From: Synechocystis sp. PCC 6803 substr. PCC-P
GTDB taxonomy: Bacteria > Cyanobacteriota > Cyanobacteriia > Cyanobacteriales > Microcystaceae
Assembly: GCF_000284455.1 (NCBI RefSeq)
Contig: NC_017039.1
Location: 1,410,001-1,442,000, forward strand
Length of the DNA: 32,000 bases
Direction of reading: 5' to 3'
Numbering within the stretch: position 1 is the first letter of the stretch; each line of letters opens with the position of its first letter. A program made the position numbers and the translations under genes. Below, piece after piece: positions 9,925 through 18,360 of this stretch. The notes beneath the pieces are model-generated. The model worked only from the letters and a program-made list of their open reading frames with translations. It was not told where the DNA came from and did no database searches.

Positions 9925-9940
9925 CCCTCCTTTAGGAGGG
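9925..9940. repeat. Left-end subterminal hairpin of the IS element
   Basis: Perfect 6-bp stem CCCTCC/GGAGGG with TTTA loop. Confidence 0.65.
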
Positions 9941-9966
9941 CTTTAATTTTCTTGTAGAATAACAGC

Positions 9967-11169
9967 ATGAAGCTAAGGTATCAGTACCGATTTTACCCCA
10001 CAAACCAACAGCGACAGGGCTTAGCCCAGTTGTTCGGATGTGTGCGGGTAGTGTGGAACGATGCTTTAGCTTTTTGCAAAGATTCGGAAAAATTGCCTTC
10101 CTACAATGCCCTGTCTAAACGGTTGACGGAATGCAAACAAACAGAGGAGAAAATTTGGCTTACTGATGTTTCGGCAGTTCCATTACAGCAATCGATCAGA
10201 AATCTTAGTGCGGCTTACAAAAACTTTTTTGATTCAGTCAACGGGAAACGCAAGGGAAAAAAGGTTAATCCTCCTAAATTCAAAAGTCGAAGATCCAAAC
10301 AGTCTGCTACTTTTACCAGTGCCGGATTTGTCTTAAAAGATAACGACAGAATTTACCTAGCGAAAATTGGATTTCTCGATGTGGTCTGGAGTCGCCCCTT
10401 ACCGTCAATACCTAGTTCAGTGACGGTGATTAAGGATAGGGCTAATCGGTACTTTTTAAGCTTTGTTGTCGAAGTTGACCCACAACAATTAGCCGACAAT
10501 GGGCAGTCCGTAGGGATTGATCTTGGCATCATCGACTTTGCCACTTTGAGTACTGGAGAGAAAATCAAATCTCCCAAACCCTTAAAGGCAAAGCTAAAGC
10601 GACTGAGGAAGTGCCAGCGCAATCTTGCTCGTAAACAAAAGGGCAGTAAGCGACGGGAAAAAGCTCGTTTAAGAGTGGCTAAAGTCCATGCCAAGGTAAA
10701 AGATACCCGCACTGACTTTTTGCATAAACTGTCCACCAGATTGATCCGTGAGAACCAAACGGTGATTTTGGAGGATTTAAACACCGCCGGGATGATGAAA
10801 AATCGTCGTCTCTCCCGTGCCATTTCTGACCTTGGTTGGCGTAGTTTTCGGACGATACTAGAAGCTAAGGCAGTCATGTACGGCAGGGAATTTCGGACGA
10901 TTTCCCGTTGGGAACCCACTTCTCAACGTTGCTCCTGTTGTGGTGAAATTGGCGGCAAAAAAGAACTCTCTGTTAGAGAATGGACTTGCCTTTTTTGTGG
11001 GGCAAACCACGACAGAGATATAAATGCCGCAACAAACATACTGGTCGCCGGAGGGCATTCGGAGACTAAAAACGGACGTGGAGGAAAGCGTCAGACTACT
11101 TCGGTAGCGGCATCCGGTGAAGCGTCAACCCACCGAAAAGCTATTCAGTTAACTCTGTTTGCTTCGTAG
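9967..11169 (+). CDS. tnpB: TnpB-family protein (OrfB, RNA-guided nuclease family)
   Basis: 400 aa. MKLRYQYRFYPTNQQRQGLAQLFGCVRVVWNDAL start, SVGIDLGIIDFATLS (RuvC-I Asp), TVILEDLNTAGMMKNRRLSRAISDLGW (RuvC-II Glu), CSCCGEIG...CLFCGANHDRDINAATNI (zinc ribbon and RuvC-III Asp). Confidence 0.95.
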   Translation: MKLRYQYRFYPTNQQRQGLAQLFGCVRVVWNDALAFCKDSEKLPSYNALSKRLTECKQTEEKIWLTDVSAVPLQQSIRNLSAAYKNFFDSVNGKRKGKKVNPPKFKSRRSKQSATFTSAGFVLKDNDRIYLAKIGFLDVVWSRPLPSIPSSVTVIKDRANRYFLSFVVEVDPQQLADNGQSVGIDLGIIDFATLSTGEKIKSPKPLKAKLKRLRKCQRNLARKQKGSKRREKARLRVAKVHAKVKDTRTDFLHKLSTRLIRENQTVILEDLNTAGMMKNRRLSRAISDLGWRSFRTILEAKAVMYGREFRTISRWEPTSQRCSCCGEIGGKKELSVREWTCLFCGANHDRDINAATNILVAGGHSETKNGRGGKRQTTSVAASGEASTHRKAIQLTLFAS

Positions 11170-11175
11170 GAATCC

Positions 11176-11191
11176 CCCGGCTTTAGCCGGG
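11176..11191. repeat. Right-end subterminal hairpin of the IS element
   Basis: Perfect 6-bp stem CCCGGC/GCCGGG with TTTA loop, just after the TnpB stop. Confidence 0.7.
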
Positions 11192-11282
11192 TTGGAGGAT
11201 GTCAAAATGCCGTAACTTTAGTGAGCAGATTTAGAGATTAAATCCTAACCTATTGATCGCGTCTAGTTCCTGTTTGTAAAGT

Positions 11283-11345
11283 TGGGTTGAATCCCCCCCT
11301 AGCCCCCCTTAGCAAAGGGGGGGGACTGTTTTATCCCCTTAAGGA
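11283..11345. repeat. Partial copy of the dispersed 'CCCCCCTAGCCCCCCTT' intergenic repeat
   Basis: 'GTTGGGTTGAATCCCCCCTAGCCCCCCTTAGCAAAGGGGGGGGACTGTTTTATCCCC' resembles the 5' half of copies A-C. Confidence 0.45.
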
Positions 11346-11364
11346 AAGAGGGAATGAAAAGCAG

Positions 11365-11388
11365 AAAAAACCGCCCCCGGAGGGACGG
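11365..11388 (-). terminator. Rho-independent terminator downstream of the S-layer/RTX gene
   Basis: Minus strand CCGTCCC-TCCG-GGGGCGG-TTTTTT, a 7-bp stem (one G·T pair), 4-nt loop and T6. Confidence 0.8.
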
Positions 11389-12365
11389 CCATAAATCAGT
11401 TAGTTCGATTTATCTGAGGTGGAATAGCCACCCTAGATATAGTTCAGAGAGTTTAGGCGTAGAACTCACGAACCTCGAAGTTAGGAGTCAAGTCCAGACC
11501 AAAGGTACCGCTAATACCTGTAAGTTCTACGAGGAAGTCGTCTTGGGAGCTGACAGCCGCAACACCGTTGTTGATGAACAGGAATTCGCGACCAGCCAGA
11601 GCACCAGAAGAGACATTGATCTGTTGCATCTCAACCAGAGAAGGCAAGCCGGGTAGCAAGGAGAAGGAGAGAGACGCACCGACACTGTTGTCTGCATTTA
11701 CAGCTAAGAACACATCGTTGATGTTATTAGCAGAGGCATTAAGGATCGGATCGTTTAGATTGAAGACCGTATTCCCCGCCTGTAAATTAAGGACACGTTG
11801 GACGGCAAGGCCGGATGTAGCATCACCAGACAAGAAGTTATTGGCTCCAGCCGCGAAGACAAATTTGTCGTTGTTTACGTTGAAACCAGTAATGTTATCG
11901 ACGTTGGCTCCATTGACCGCTGCGTTTTCAAAGGCACCATTCATGTACCAGATTTCATTGGCACCGTTAACGCCAACACCGCCGACAGTGACATCATTAC
12001 CGATATCAATAGTGTCTGCACCAAGACCACCATAGAAAGTATCGTTGCCACGACCACCCACGAGCTCGTCATCGCCGCCAACGGCACGGAACTCAAGGCG
12101 GAGTTGAGCCAAATTGATAGCAGCTTGAGCAGCTTGAGCTTTACTATCACCCGCCTGGCCTTGGAGAGTGGCGTAGGGATTGACAAATGTCCAATCGTTG
12201 GGATCCAAGGGATCAAATGGCGCTGACAATTGGTCTACCAGGACAAAGTCACCGGCTAAGAAATCATTGCCGTCGCCACCAGAAATAGAATCGTCACCAC
12301 CGATGAAACTGGTAGTACCGTCTTTGCCAAGCTGGAATCCTTTACCACCATCGATGATGATGCCG

Positions 12366-15300
12366 TTAGTTATTAATAACACCGACAAACAAGTCACCAA
12401 CCAGGATGTCATTGCCACCCTCACCGGTAATGGAATCATCGCCCGCACTAACGGTGGAACCATTGACCTGACCTAACTTGAAGTTGGTCAAGTTAATTTC
12501 ACTGTCGTTGAACTCGAAACCAAACAGTCCGACATCACCAACGATGACATCTAGTCCATCGGCACCAGTCATGGTGTCATCACCACCAATGACGGTCAGA
12601 GTCTCAGTCAAGAATATGTCGTTACCAACCCCGTCAACGGCTGCAGCTAAATCGCCAACCAAGAAGTTATCTATGGCAACCTGACCAATAGGAAAGACAA
12701 TCCCGTTATCACCCTGCTTGGTTGTGATGGTGTCATCGCCACCGATAGCGGTTCTTTCGAGGGATGCATTAAGGTCGATGTCTCCGAATGCGCCAATACT
12801 CCAGTCACCAACGGTAATATCACTCCCCAAACCGGCTTCAATGGTATCTTTACCACCATTAAATAAGTTCAGGTCAATATCATCGCCAGTAACCACTAAA
12901 AGATCACCGGCAATTACATCGTTACCACTACCGGCGTCGATGTCATCGTTGCCAAATGGTAATATTTCTTCTAGTGGTAATAAGGGTAATAACAGACTAT
13001 CACCGGAAATGAAATCATCATCGTCGTTACCTTCAATGATGTCATCACCACCTAAACCGGCAATGGAATCCTCGCCACGGCCACCAAAGATGCTGTCATC
13101 GTCACGGCTACCGATGATCTCGTCGTCACCGATGTTGCCAATGACGGTGTAGCCATTGGTGTTAGGAGGGACGTTGGAAGCAGATAGGTCAACAGAACCA
13201 CCGCCAGGATTTTCGATGGTGAGGGTAGCAATACCCAGGTTGAAGGTCAAGCCAGTAGCTTCCCAGTCTTGAACGACCCGAATTTCTGCTTCTGCATCTT
13301 CAGACACCTGGAATTGGTCGCCAGTTTCAGAGTTAGCATCGCCGAGGTCTTCGATGACATCAAAGCCAGCATCAACAAAGAAGAAATCGTCTCCTTCACC
13401 ACCGGACATAATGTCATCACCTTCACCACCCTGGAGGTTGTCATTGCCTTTGCCACCAAAGAGGAAGTCATTTCCTTCATCCCCATTGAGGATGTCATTG
13501 CCGAAGCCAAGGATCGGATCCCCGTCACCGCCGACGAGGGTATCATCACCGGCACCGCCATTGAATTCGACACTGCCAATACCAGTCATTTCAATGAAAT
13601 CGTCACCCTCATCGCCAAAGGCCAGATGCTGACCATCACCGTTACCGGGTTCCCCCGCAATGGGACCGAACAGAATTACGTCGTTGCCTTCACCGCCACG
13701 AACGGTGTGGGCACCAGAGATGGCAGCAACCCCCCTAATGAAATTCCTGGGGTTGTAATCAGCAGGTAAACCTAACTGGGCCAAAAGAACTTGATACTGT
13801 TCTTCCGTAGTCGGAATTGGCTGATCTGCCGCAATAAAGAGATCAAGGTCAGAAGGCTCAGAATCGTCAAAGAACGGATTGGCTATAGTCTCACTGTCTG
13901 GGTCGGCGGTTAGAGCGTCACCGCTGATTTCGATCAAGTCATCACCGGTACCACCTTCAACACTATGACCAGAGCCATTGGCGCTATCACTGGTAAAAGA
14001 ATCACCGGTAATCCGGACAGTGTCGTCGTCGTCACCAGCAAATACAACATGACCAGCGAGATCGACACCTAGAGCCGCACCATTGCCCGAAACTGCTAAG
14101 GTTTTGTCGAATCCGATGAAGATGTCATCTTCACCTGCACCACCGAAGACCACATGGCCAGCAGAGTCACCAATGGCGTCGCCACTGATATTAATGTCGT
14201 CATCACCTGCGCCACCAACCTCGTTGATTAAGTCGAAGCTGTTGACCACATGACCAGCAATGGGACCTTCAGCAACACCAGTGAGAAGAATGCTGTCGTT
14301 ACCTTCGCCACCAATGACAGTGTGACCAGCATCTGTATCACTGAAAGCATCACCGGTAATGGTTAACTCGTCATTGCCAGCACCACCATCCAGGATATGA
14401 CCTTTGGAGATTACGTCTTTCAGATCTTCGCTGAGGGTAAAGGCATCCCGAGCGATGGAAATTTCGTCGTTACCGGAACCACTGAGGAAAGTAATGTCAC
14501 CACCGGGGCGGTCATCAAAGAAAGCTTTCAAATCACCGGTAAAGACTTCCCGGCCTTCAAATTCAGGAATGAGGGCAGAACCAGTGGCATCAACCTTAAC
14601 AACAGAGCCAATCAGGGAAGTGGACAAGGTGAGGTTTTCAATGCCAGTGATGCCAATGCTCTCAACTGCCACAATGCCTTCAATGTCTACCGTGTTGGTA
14701 TTACCTTTGGACGAGGTGGTAACCCCGGAGGTGAGGCCAAGGGTTTCGTAGCCACCGTTGCCGGAGAAGTCGCTGATCTTGATACTGGTGACATCAGGAC
14801 CGTCCTCGGTGACTTGGTCTACTGTGAGTAGCAAGAGATCATTGTCCCCGGCTAATTCGGGGTCAGCAATGCTGAAGCTAACATCATCACCGAAGAAGTA
14901 GTTGGTAACGGAGACGGTTTCCAAAGCAGTTTGGAGGTTGATGAGCTCTAGGTCACCACCTTTGGTACCGCTCGCTGCAACGTTTTTCAGACCAGTGATG
15001 AAACCTTGACCAACCACGTCGAAATCATTCGACACCAAAGTCAGGTCGTTTTCGATTAGGGTGGCTACGAGGGTTTCGATTCCATCCAGCACCGGGAAAA
15101 TGGTATTGATGTTACCAAAGGTGGCTTCTTGCCAGGTCAAGCTCAAAGTTGGATCTTCGCCGGTACCAGTCAGGCGATCATTACTGTTGAGGGTATTAAA
15201 GATGGAGCCACCTTCAACCACAGCCACCGACAGGAAGGAGTTGCCAGAACGAATGTCAGCTTGAGGCGTCAGGATAACGTCAGCCACAAGGAAGTTGAAA

Positions 15301-16679
15301 TCAGACGCATTGGTGGCACCATTGACGATAACAGCCTCGGCTTCGGTGATAACACCAAGATCGGGGTTGGTGTTGGTGAGGGAGTAGCTAACCGCACCGT
15401 CAAGAAGAGTAGAGGGCGCAGCGCTGAGATTGTCTAGGGTATCCGCAATGATGTAGGTGAACCCTGCATTAAGGTTAGGCAGACTCAAGAGGTCCTCCGC
15501 CTGGGCAACGCTTAAAGGTACATCGGTGTTGTTTACGATTACCTCAGCGGCATTAACAATGGCCGGGGTGGAGAGGGCCGCCAAGATATTGGCAGAAGTA
15601 TCTTCCACAATGTAGGAAGGACCAACGGGAATACCCAGACCTTGTAAAAACGTCGCAGAAGCAACGCTTACGGGAACGTCAGGATCGGACAAAGTGATGG
15701 CAGTGGCGCCACCGGAAACTCCTGGGTCAGCAACAATATTCGCGGAGGTGTCTGCGATGGCATACACACCATCAAAATTACCGAGGGCGAGGAGTTGGGA
15801 CGCAGTGGCAACATCTACGATGTCGGTGATACCAACGCTAGCGGCACCAGATACGGCGGCACCACCAGCCAACACATCAGCGGCGGTGTCAAGGATATCC
15901 CAGGTCACACCGGCGGCCAGTTCGTCAGCGGTGGCTAGCAGTATATTTGCATCTTCCACGCTCAGGGGGGCAGCGGGGGACTGATTCGCAATGACATTAT
16001 TTGCCCCAGTCACAACGGGGTCGTCAGCACCAGCGATCAAGTTATCAGCAGTATCGCTAATGGTGTAAGCGGGGGGTAGGTTGGGGGTGGCTTGGGCCTG
16101 GGCAATGGTGAAGACGCTCAGGGAAGCCGCAATTTCCACAATCTGGGCTTCTGCCGCAAGCACACTCGCATTGGTATCATCAACCGTAGCAATGATGCCC
16201 GCAGCCTCGGCATACTGGGCTTCTGTAAATGTATTAACCCCTGCAGTGGACAGAGCTTCGGTGTAGGACAGGGAAACATCAGCTTTGTTGGTCAGCGCCT
16301 CGAGGCGATCGGTCAGACCAGCAGCGGCGGAAGCATTGTTCAGCGCGTTGGGGAAATCTAGATAGTTGTCGGGGGACAGGGACAACCAGTTAATCCAGTA
16401 GTCCAATTCCTCCGTGGGGACCAGGGAGGTATCGTTAATGTCAATGTTGTAGAGATTGGCAAAAACCTGGGCTACATACTGGCGTTTGTCAGCGGTTTGG
16501 GGCGCTTGGAAAAAGGGATACTTAATAGCTGCATCGGGGCTGCTGGCAAACAGGGCAACTGCTTCTGCATAGGTGATGTTTGCCCCATCTGTGGCCCACC
16601 AATTCAGATCACTGGCGGATACACCACGGCCGGTGTACATGATCTGTAGAGCCGCAATTACGTTAGGACTTAGTGCCAT
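12366..16679 (-). CDS. N-terminal portion of the hemolysin-like/S-layer-type protein
   Basis: 1437 aa ORF. Starts MALSPNVIAALQIMYTGRGVSASDLNWW; RTX-like repeats such as AGGAGDDDINISGDAIGDSAGHVVFGGAGEDDIFIG; ends ..ILVGDLFVGVINN*. Confidence 0.85.
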   Translation of the reverse strand: MALSPNVIAALQIMYTGRGVSASDLNWWATDGANITYAEAVALFASSPDAAIKYPFFQAPQTADKRQYVAQVFANLYNIDINDTSLVPTEELDYWINWLSLSPDNYLDFPNALNNASAAAGLTDRLEALTNKADVSLSYTEALSTAGVNTFTEAQYAEAAGIIATVDDTNASVLAAEAQIVEIAASLSVFTIAQAQATPNLPPAYTISDTADNLIAGADDPVVTGANNVIANQSPAAPLSVEDANILLATADELAAGVTWDILDTAADVLAGGAAVSGAASVGITDIVDVATASQLLALGNFDGVYAIADTSANIVADPGVSGGATAITLSDPDVPVSVASATFLQGLGIPVGPSYIVEDTSANILAALSTPAIVNAAEVIVNNTDVPLSVAQAEDLLSLPNLNAGFTYIIADTLDNLSAAPSTLLDGAVSYSLTNTNPDLGVITEAEAVIVNGATNASDFNFLVADVILTPQADIRSGNSFLSVAVVEGGSIFNTLNSNDRLTGTGEDPTLSLTWQEATFGNINTIFPVLDGIETLVATLIENDLTLVSNDFDVVGQGFITGLKNVAASGTKGGDLELINLQTALETVSVTNYFFGDDVSFSIADPELAGDNDLLLLTVDQVTEDGPDVTSIKISDFSGNGGYETLGLTSGVTTSSKGNTNTVDIEGIVAVESIGITGIENLTLSTSLIGSVVKVDATGSALIPEFEGREVFTGDLKAFFDDRPGGDITFLSGSGNDEISIARDAFTLSEDLKDVISKGHILDGGAGNDELTITGDAFSDTDAGHTVIGGEGNDSILLTGVAEGPIAGHVVNSFDLINEVGGAGDDDINISGDAIGDSAGHVVFGGAGEDDIFIGFDKTLAVSGNGAALGVDLAGHVVFAGDDDDTVRITGDSFTSDSANGSGHSVEGGTGDDLIEISGDALTADPDSETIANPFFDDSEPSDLDLFIAADQPIPTTEEQYQVLLAQLGLPADYNPRNFIRGVAAISGAHTVRGGEGNDVILFGPIAGEPGNGDGQHLAFGDEGDDFIEMTGIGSVEFNGGAGDDTLVGGDGDPILGFGNDILNGDEGNDFLFGGKGNDNLQGGEGDDIMSGGEGDDFFFVDAGFDVIEDLGDANSETGDQFQVSEDAEAEIRVVQDWEATGLTFNLGIATLTIENPGGGSVDLSASNVPPNTNGYTVIGNIGDDEIIGSRDDDSIFGGRGEDSIAGLGGDDIIEGNDDDDFISGDSLLLPLLPLEEILPFGNDDIDAGSGNDVIAGDLLVVTGDDIDLNLFNGGKDTIEAGLGSDITVGDWSIGAFGDIDLNASLERTAIGGDDTITTKQGDNGIVFPIGQVAIDNFLVGDLAAAVDGVGNDIFLTETLTVIGGDDTMTGADGLDVIVGDVGLFGFEFNDSEINLTNFKLGQVNGSTVSAGDDSITGEGGNDILVGDLFVGVINN
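15407..16082 (-). repeat. Tandem ~50-aa protein repeats (Y-x-I-x-DTxxN[IL]) in the N-terminal part of the giant protein
   Basis: AYTISDTADNLIA, TWDILDTAADVLA, VYAIADTSANIVA, SYIVEDTSANILA and TYIIADTLDNLSA, at about residues 204, 258, 305, 355 and 408. Confidence 0.75.
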
Positions 16680-17070
16680 AGGACTTCTTAAAACTCCTCA
16701 GTTTTTACGGTAAAAAATATACAAAACAGGGTTCATCTATGTGTGTCTCGGAGTTGCTTAGGGTAATCATAGCAAGAATCGCCTTGCTGTCAAGACTAGA
16801 AGCATACCGCTGTTAACACGATGAATCCTCGCACTTTTTCGACATTGTCTACTTGGCGAACAGTAGGACTTGTTCTAGTCCACCCAACGAGGCAAGCCCA
16901 TGGGGATCGTCTAGAATCGCTACTCCAGGCAAATTATAGCCTACGAATAAGAAAATGCAGAGATATTTTCCCCAGCATCGCTCAAAAATCCAGAATGACT
17001 ATATTAAGCGGGGCAAGAATTCACCTTTGTTAAGCTCCCTTACTTTCGTAATTAAGGCTCCGGCTAGGTA

Positions 17071-17210
17071 AAGTTGAGTTTTGACTGTTTAATCCCCCCT
17101 AGCCCCCCTTGGGAAGGGGGGAACTGTCACAAAAGCCCTCCGCCAGAGCTTTAGTGGGTTGATTTAGGGGGATGAACACCTAGCTTTGCACTTTTCAGAC
17201 ACTTTCTAGA
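17071..17210. repeat. Dispersed intergenic repeat, copy B (MITE-like)
   Basis: 'AAGTTGAGTTTTGACTGTTTAATCCCCCCTAGCCCCCCTTGGGAAGGGGGGAACTGTCACAAAAG...' aligned with copies A and C. Confidence 0.75.
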
Positions 17211-17223
17211 GGAAAGGGAAAAG

Positions 17224-17958
17224 CTAGTAGTACCAGTTTGGAACTAGGCCGGCGGCGGTGTTAATGAAAATGCAATCCAGAGTGGTCAACTCCCCCTGGG
17301 GACCACGGTAGGGCTCAGAAACGTCCCAAAGGCGAAAGTTGAATGGCAACAACCAATGGGCAATCTCCGTTAACAGGGGGGTTTTGGGACCGTAACCCCG
17401 ATAGAGCCAGCACTCCAGAAATAAAACATCAACTTTGGCTAATGTTTGGGCTGCTCCCCGGAGGATGGACAATTCATTGCCCTGGGTGTCGATTTTAATC
17501 ACCTGGGGTTGGGGCAAGCCAAGCTTGACCAGGGCCGAATCCAACGTGAGCAGGGGAACTTGAACAGCATTGATGGAGGGACCACCTTCCGTCATGGGTA
17601 AAGTGGTGCTACTGGCGGGGTCGTCAAAAACATTAACCGTTATGGTGCCATCCCGATCGCCGAGGGCGTATTTGTATAGATGGAAGGAAGGATAAACCCG
17701 TAACGTTTCCTCCATCAGACCTTGATAATCCGGCACATGGTCCACCAAGGGCTCGAACAAATAGAAGTCTGCCTCCGTTACCACCTGCTTTATATAGTAA
17801 GACCAACCACTGTTGGAAGCGCCCACATCGAAAATCACCTGGGGTTGGTAGCCCAATCGGGCCAAGCGTCGGAACACCTGACGGTCTAGCTGGAGAACCT
17901 GGCCATCTAGATCGTCGAGCATTTTTTGGTAATGGGGGGAAAGGCTGGGGGAAGACAT
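17224..17958 (-). CDS. FkbM-family SAM-dependent methyltransferase
   Basis: 244 aa. VIFDVGASNSGWS, FYLFEPL, VPLLTLDSAL, VIKIDTQGNELSILRGAAQTL and LFLECW are typical FkbM motifs. Confidence 0.88.
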   Translation of the reverse strand: MSSPSLSPHYQKMLDDLDGQVLQLDRQVFRRLARLGYQPQVIFDVGASNSGWSYYIKQVVTEADFYLFEPLVDHVPDYQGLMEETLRVYPSFHLYKYALGDRDGTITVNVFDDPASSTTLPMTEGGPSINAVQVPLLTLDSALVKLGLPQPQVIKIDTQGNELSILRGAAQTLAKVDVLFLECWLYRGYGPKTPLLTEIAHWLLPFNFRLWDVSEPYRGPQGELTTLDCIFINTAAGLVPNWYY

Positions 17959-18212
17959 TATTCAACTGTAGGCGAAGGGAGCAAGCTGGCCCAGGGCCCC
18001 ATGACAATTAAAACCAATCTTTCCACTATGGAGCAGGCAAAGTGCTACTCCCAGATCACCTAGAACGTGGCGTGATTGTTCCGAGAAGGTTGATAAAAAC
18101 CGATCTCAACAGCGCAGGGAAATGGACTAGTAAAAATTATGTGTCTACAAATTGCCCCGGCTTTTATGTTTAGCTTTGCTGACCACCAACTCAGTTTTTA
18201 GAGCCTGTTTGG

Positions 18213-18360
18213 AAAGTTGAGTTTTGGCTGTTTAATCCCTCCTAGCCTCCCTTGGGAGGGGGGGAACTGTCACAAAAGTCCCCTTTTTTAAGCCGGAGCT
18301 CTAGTGAGGAGATTCAAGGGGATAAATATCTAGCCTTGCATTTTTCAAATACTTTCTTAG
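18213..18360. repeat. Dispersed intergenic repeat, copy C (MITE-like)
   Basis: 'AAAGTTGAGTTTTGGCTGTTTAATCCCTCCTAGCCTCCCTTGGGAGGG...CTTTTTTAAGCCGGAGCTCTAGTGAGGAGATTCAAGGGGATAAATATCTAGCCTTGC'. Very close to copy A. Its last 4 nt overlap the neighbouring ORF end. Confidence 0.75.

Larger units (their letters stand above)
9896..11200 (+). mobile_element. IS200/IS605-like element carrying only a TnpB gene (approximate bounds)
   Basis: TnpB ORF flanked by CCCTCC-TTTA-GGAGGG (9925-9940) on the left and CCCGGC-TTTA-GCCGGG (11176-11191) on the right. No Y1 transposase (TnpA) ORF nearby. Exact ends are not defined. Confidence 0.7.
11453..16679 (-). pseudogene. Giant hemolysin-like/S-layer-type RTX protein gene interrupted by an apparent 1-nt frameshift
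   Basis: Minus-strand ORFs 12366..16679 (1437 aa) and 11453..12463 (336 aa) both carry RTX-like GGxGxD(D/N) motifs. The span is 5227 nt; one nt fewer gives 1742 codons including stop (1741 aa), the size I recall for PCC 6803 sll1951. Confidence 0.85.

Noticed and set aside
13269-13769. Plus-strand ORFs opposite the giant gene (166 aa here; also 12718..13152, 14397..14831, 11798..12226)
   Set aside because: They are antisense to a strongly supported RTX-like gene. The repetitive sequence keeps the opposite frames open, and no family motifs are seen.
12366-14500. Possible CRISPR or satellite array from the recurring 'GTCATCACC' units
   Set aside because: The units are irregular, not separated by unique spacers, and encode the Asp/Gly-rich RTX-like motifs. 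This is protein-level repetition.
17633-18007. 124-aa minus-strand ORF overlapping the FkbM gene in another frame
   Set aside because: FkbM motifs are clear in the 17224..17958 frame. This one is Pro/Arg-rich frame noise.
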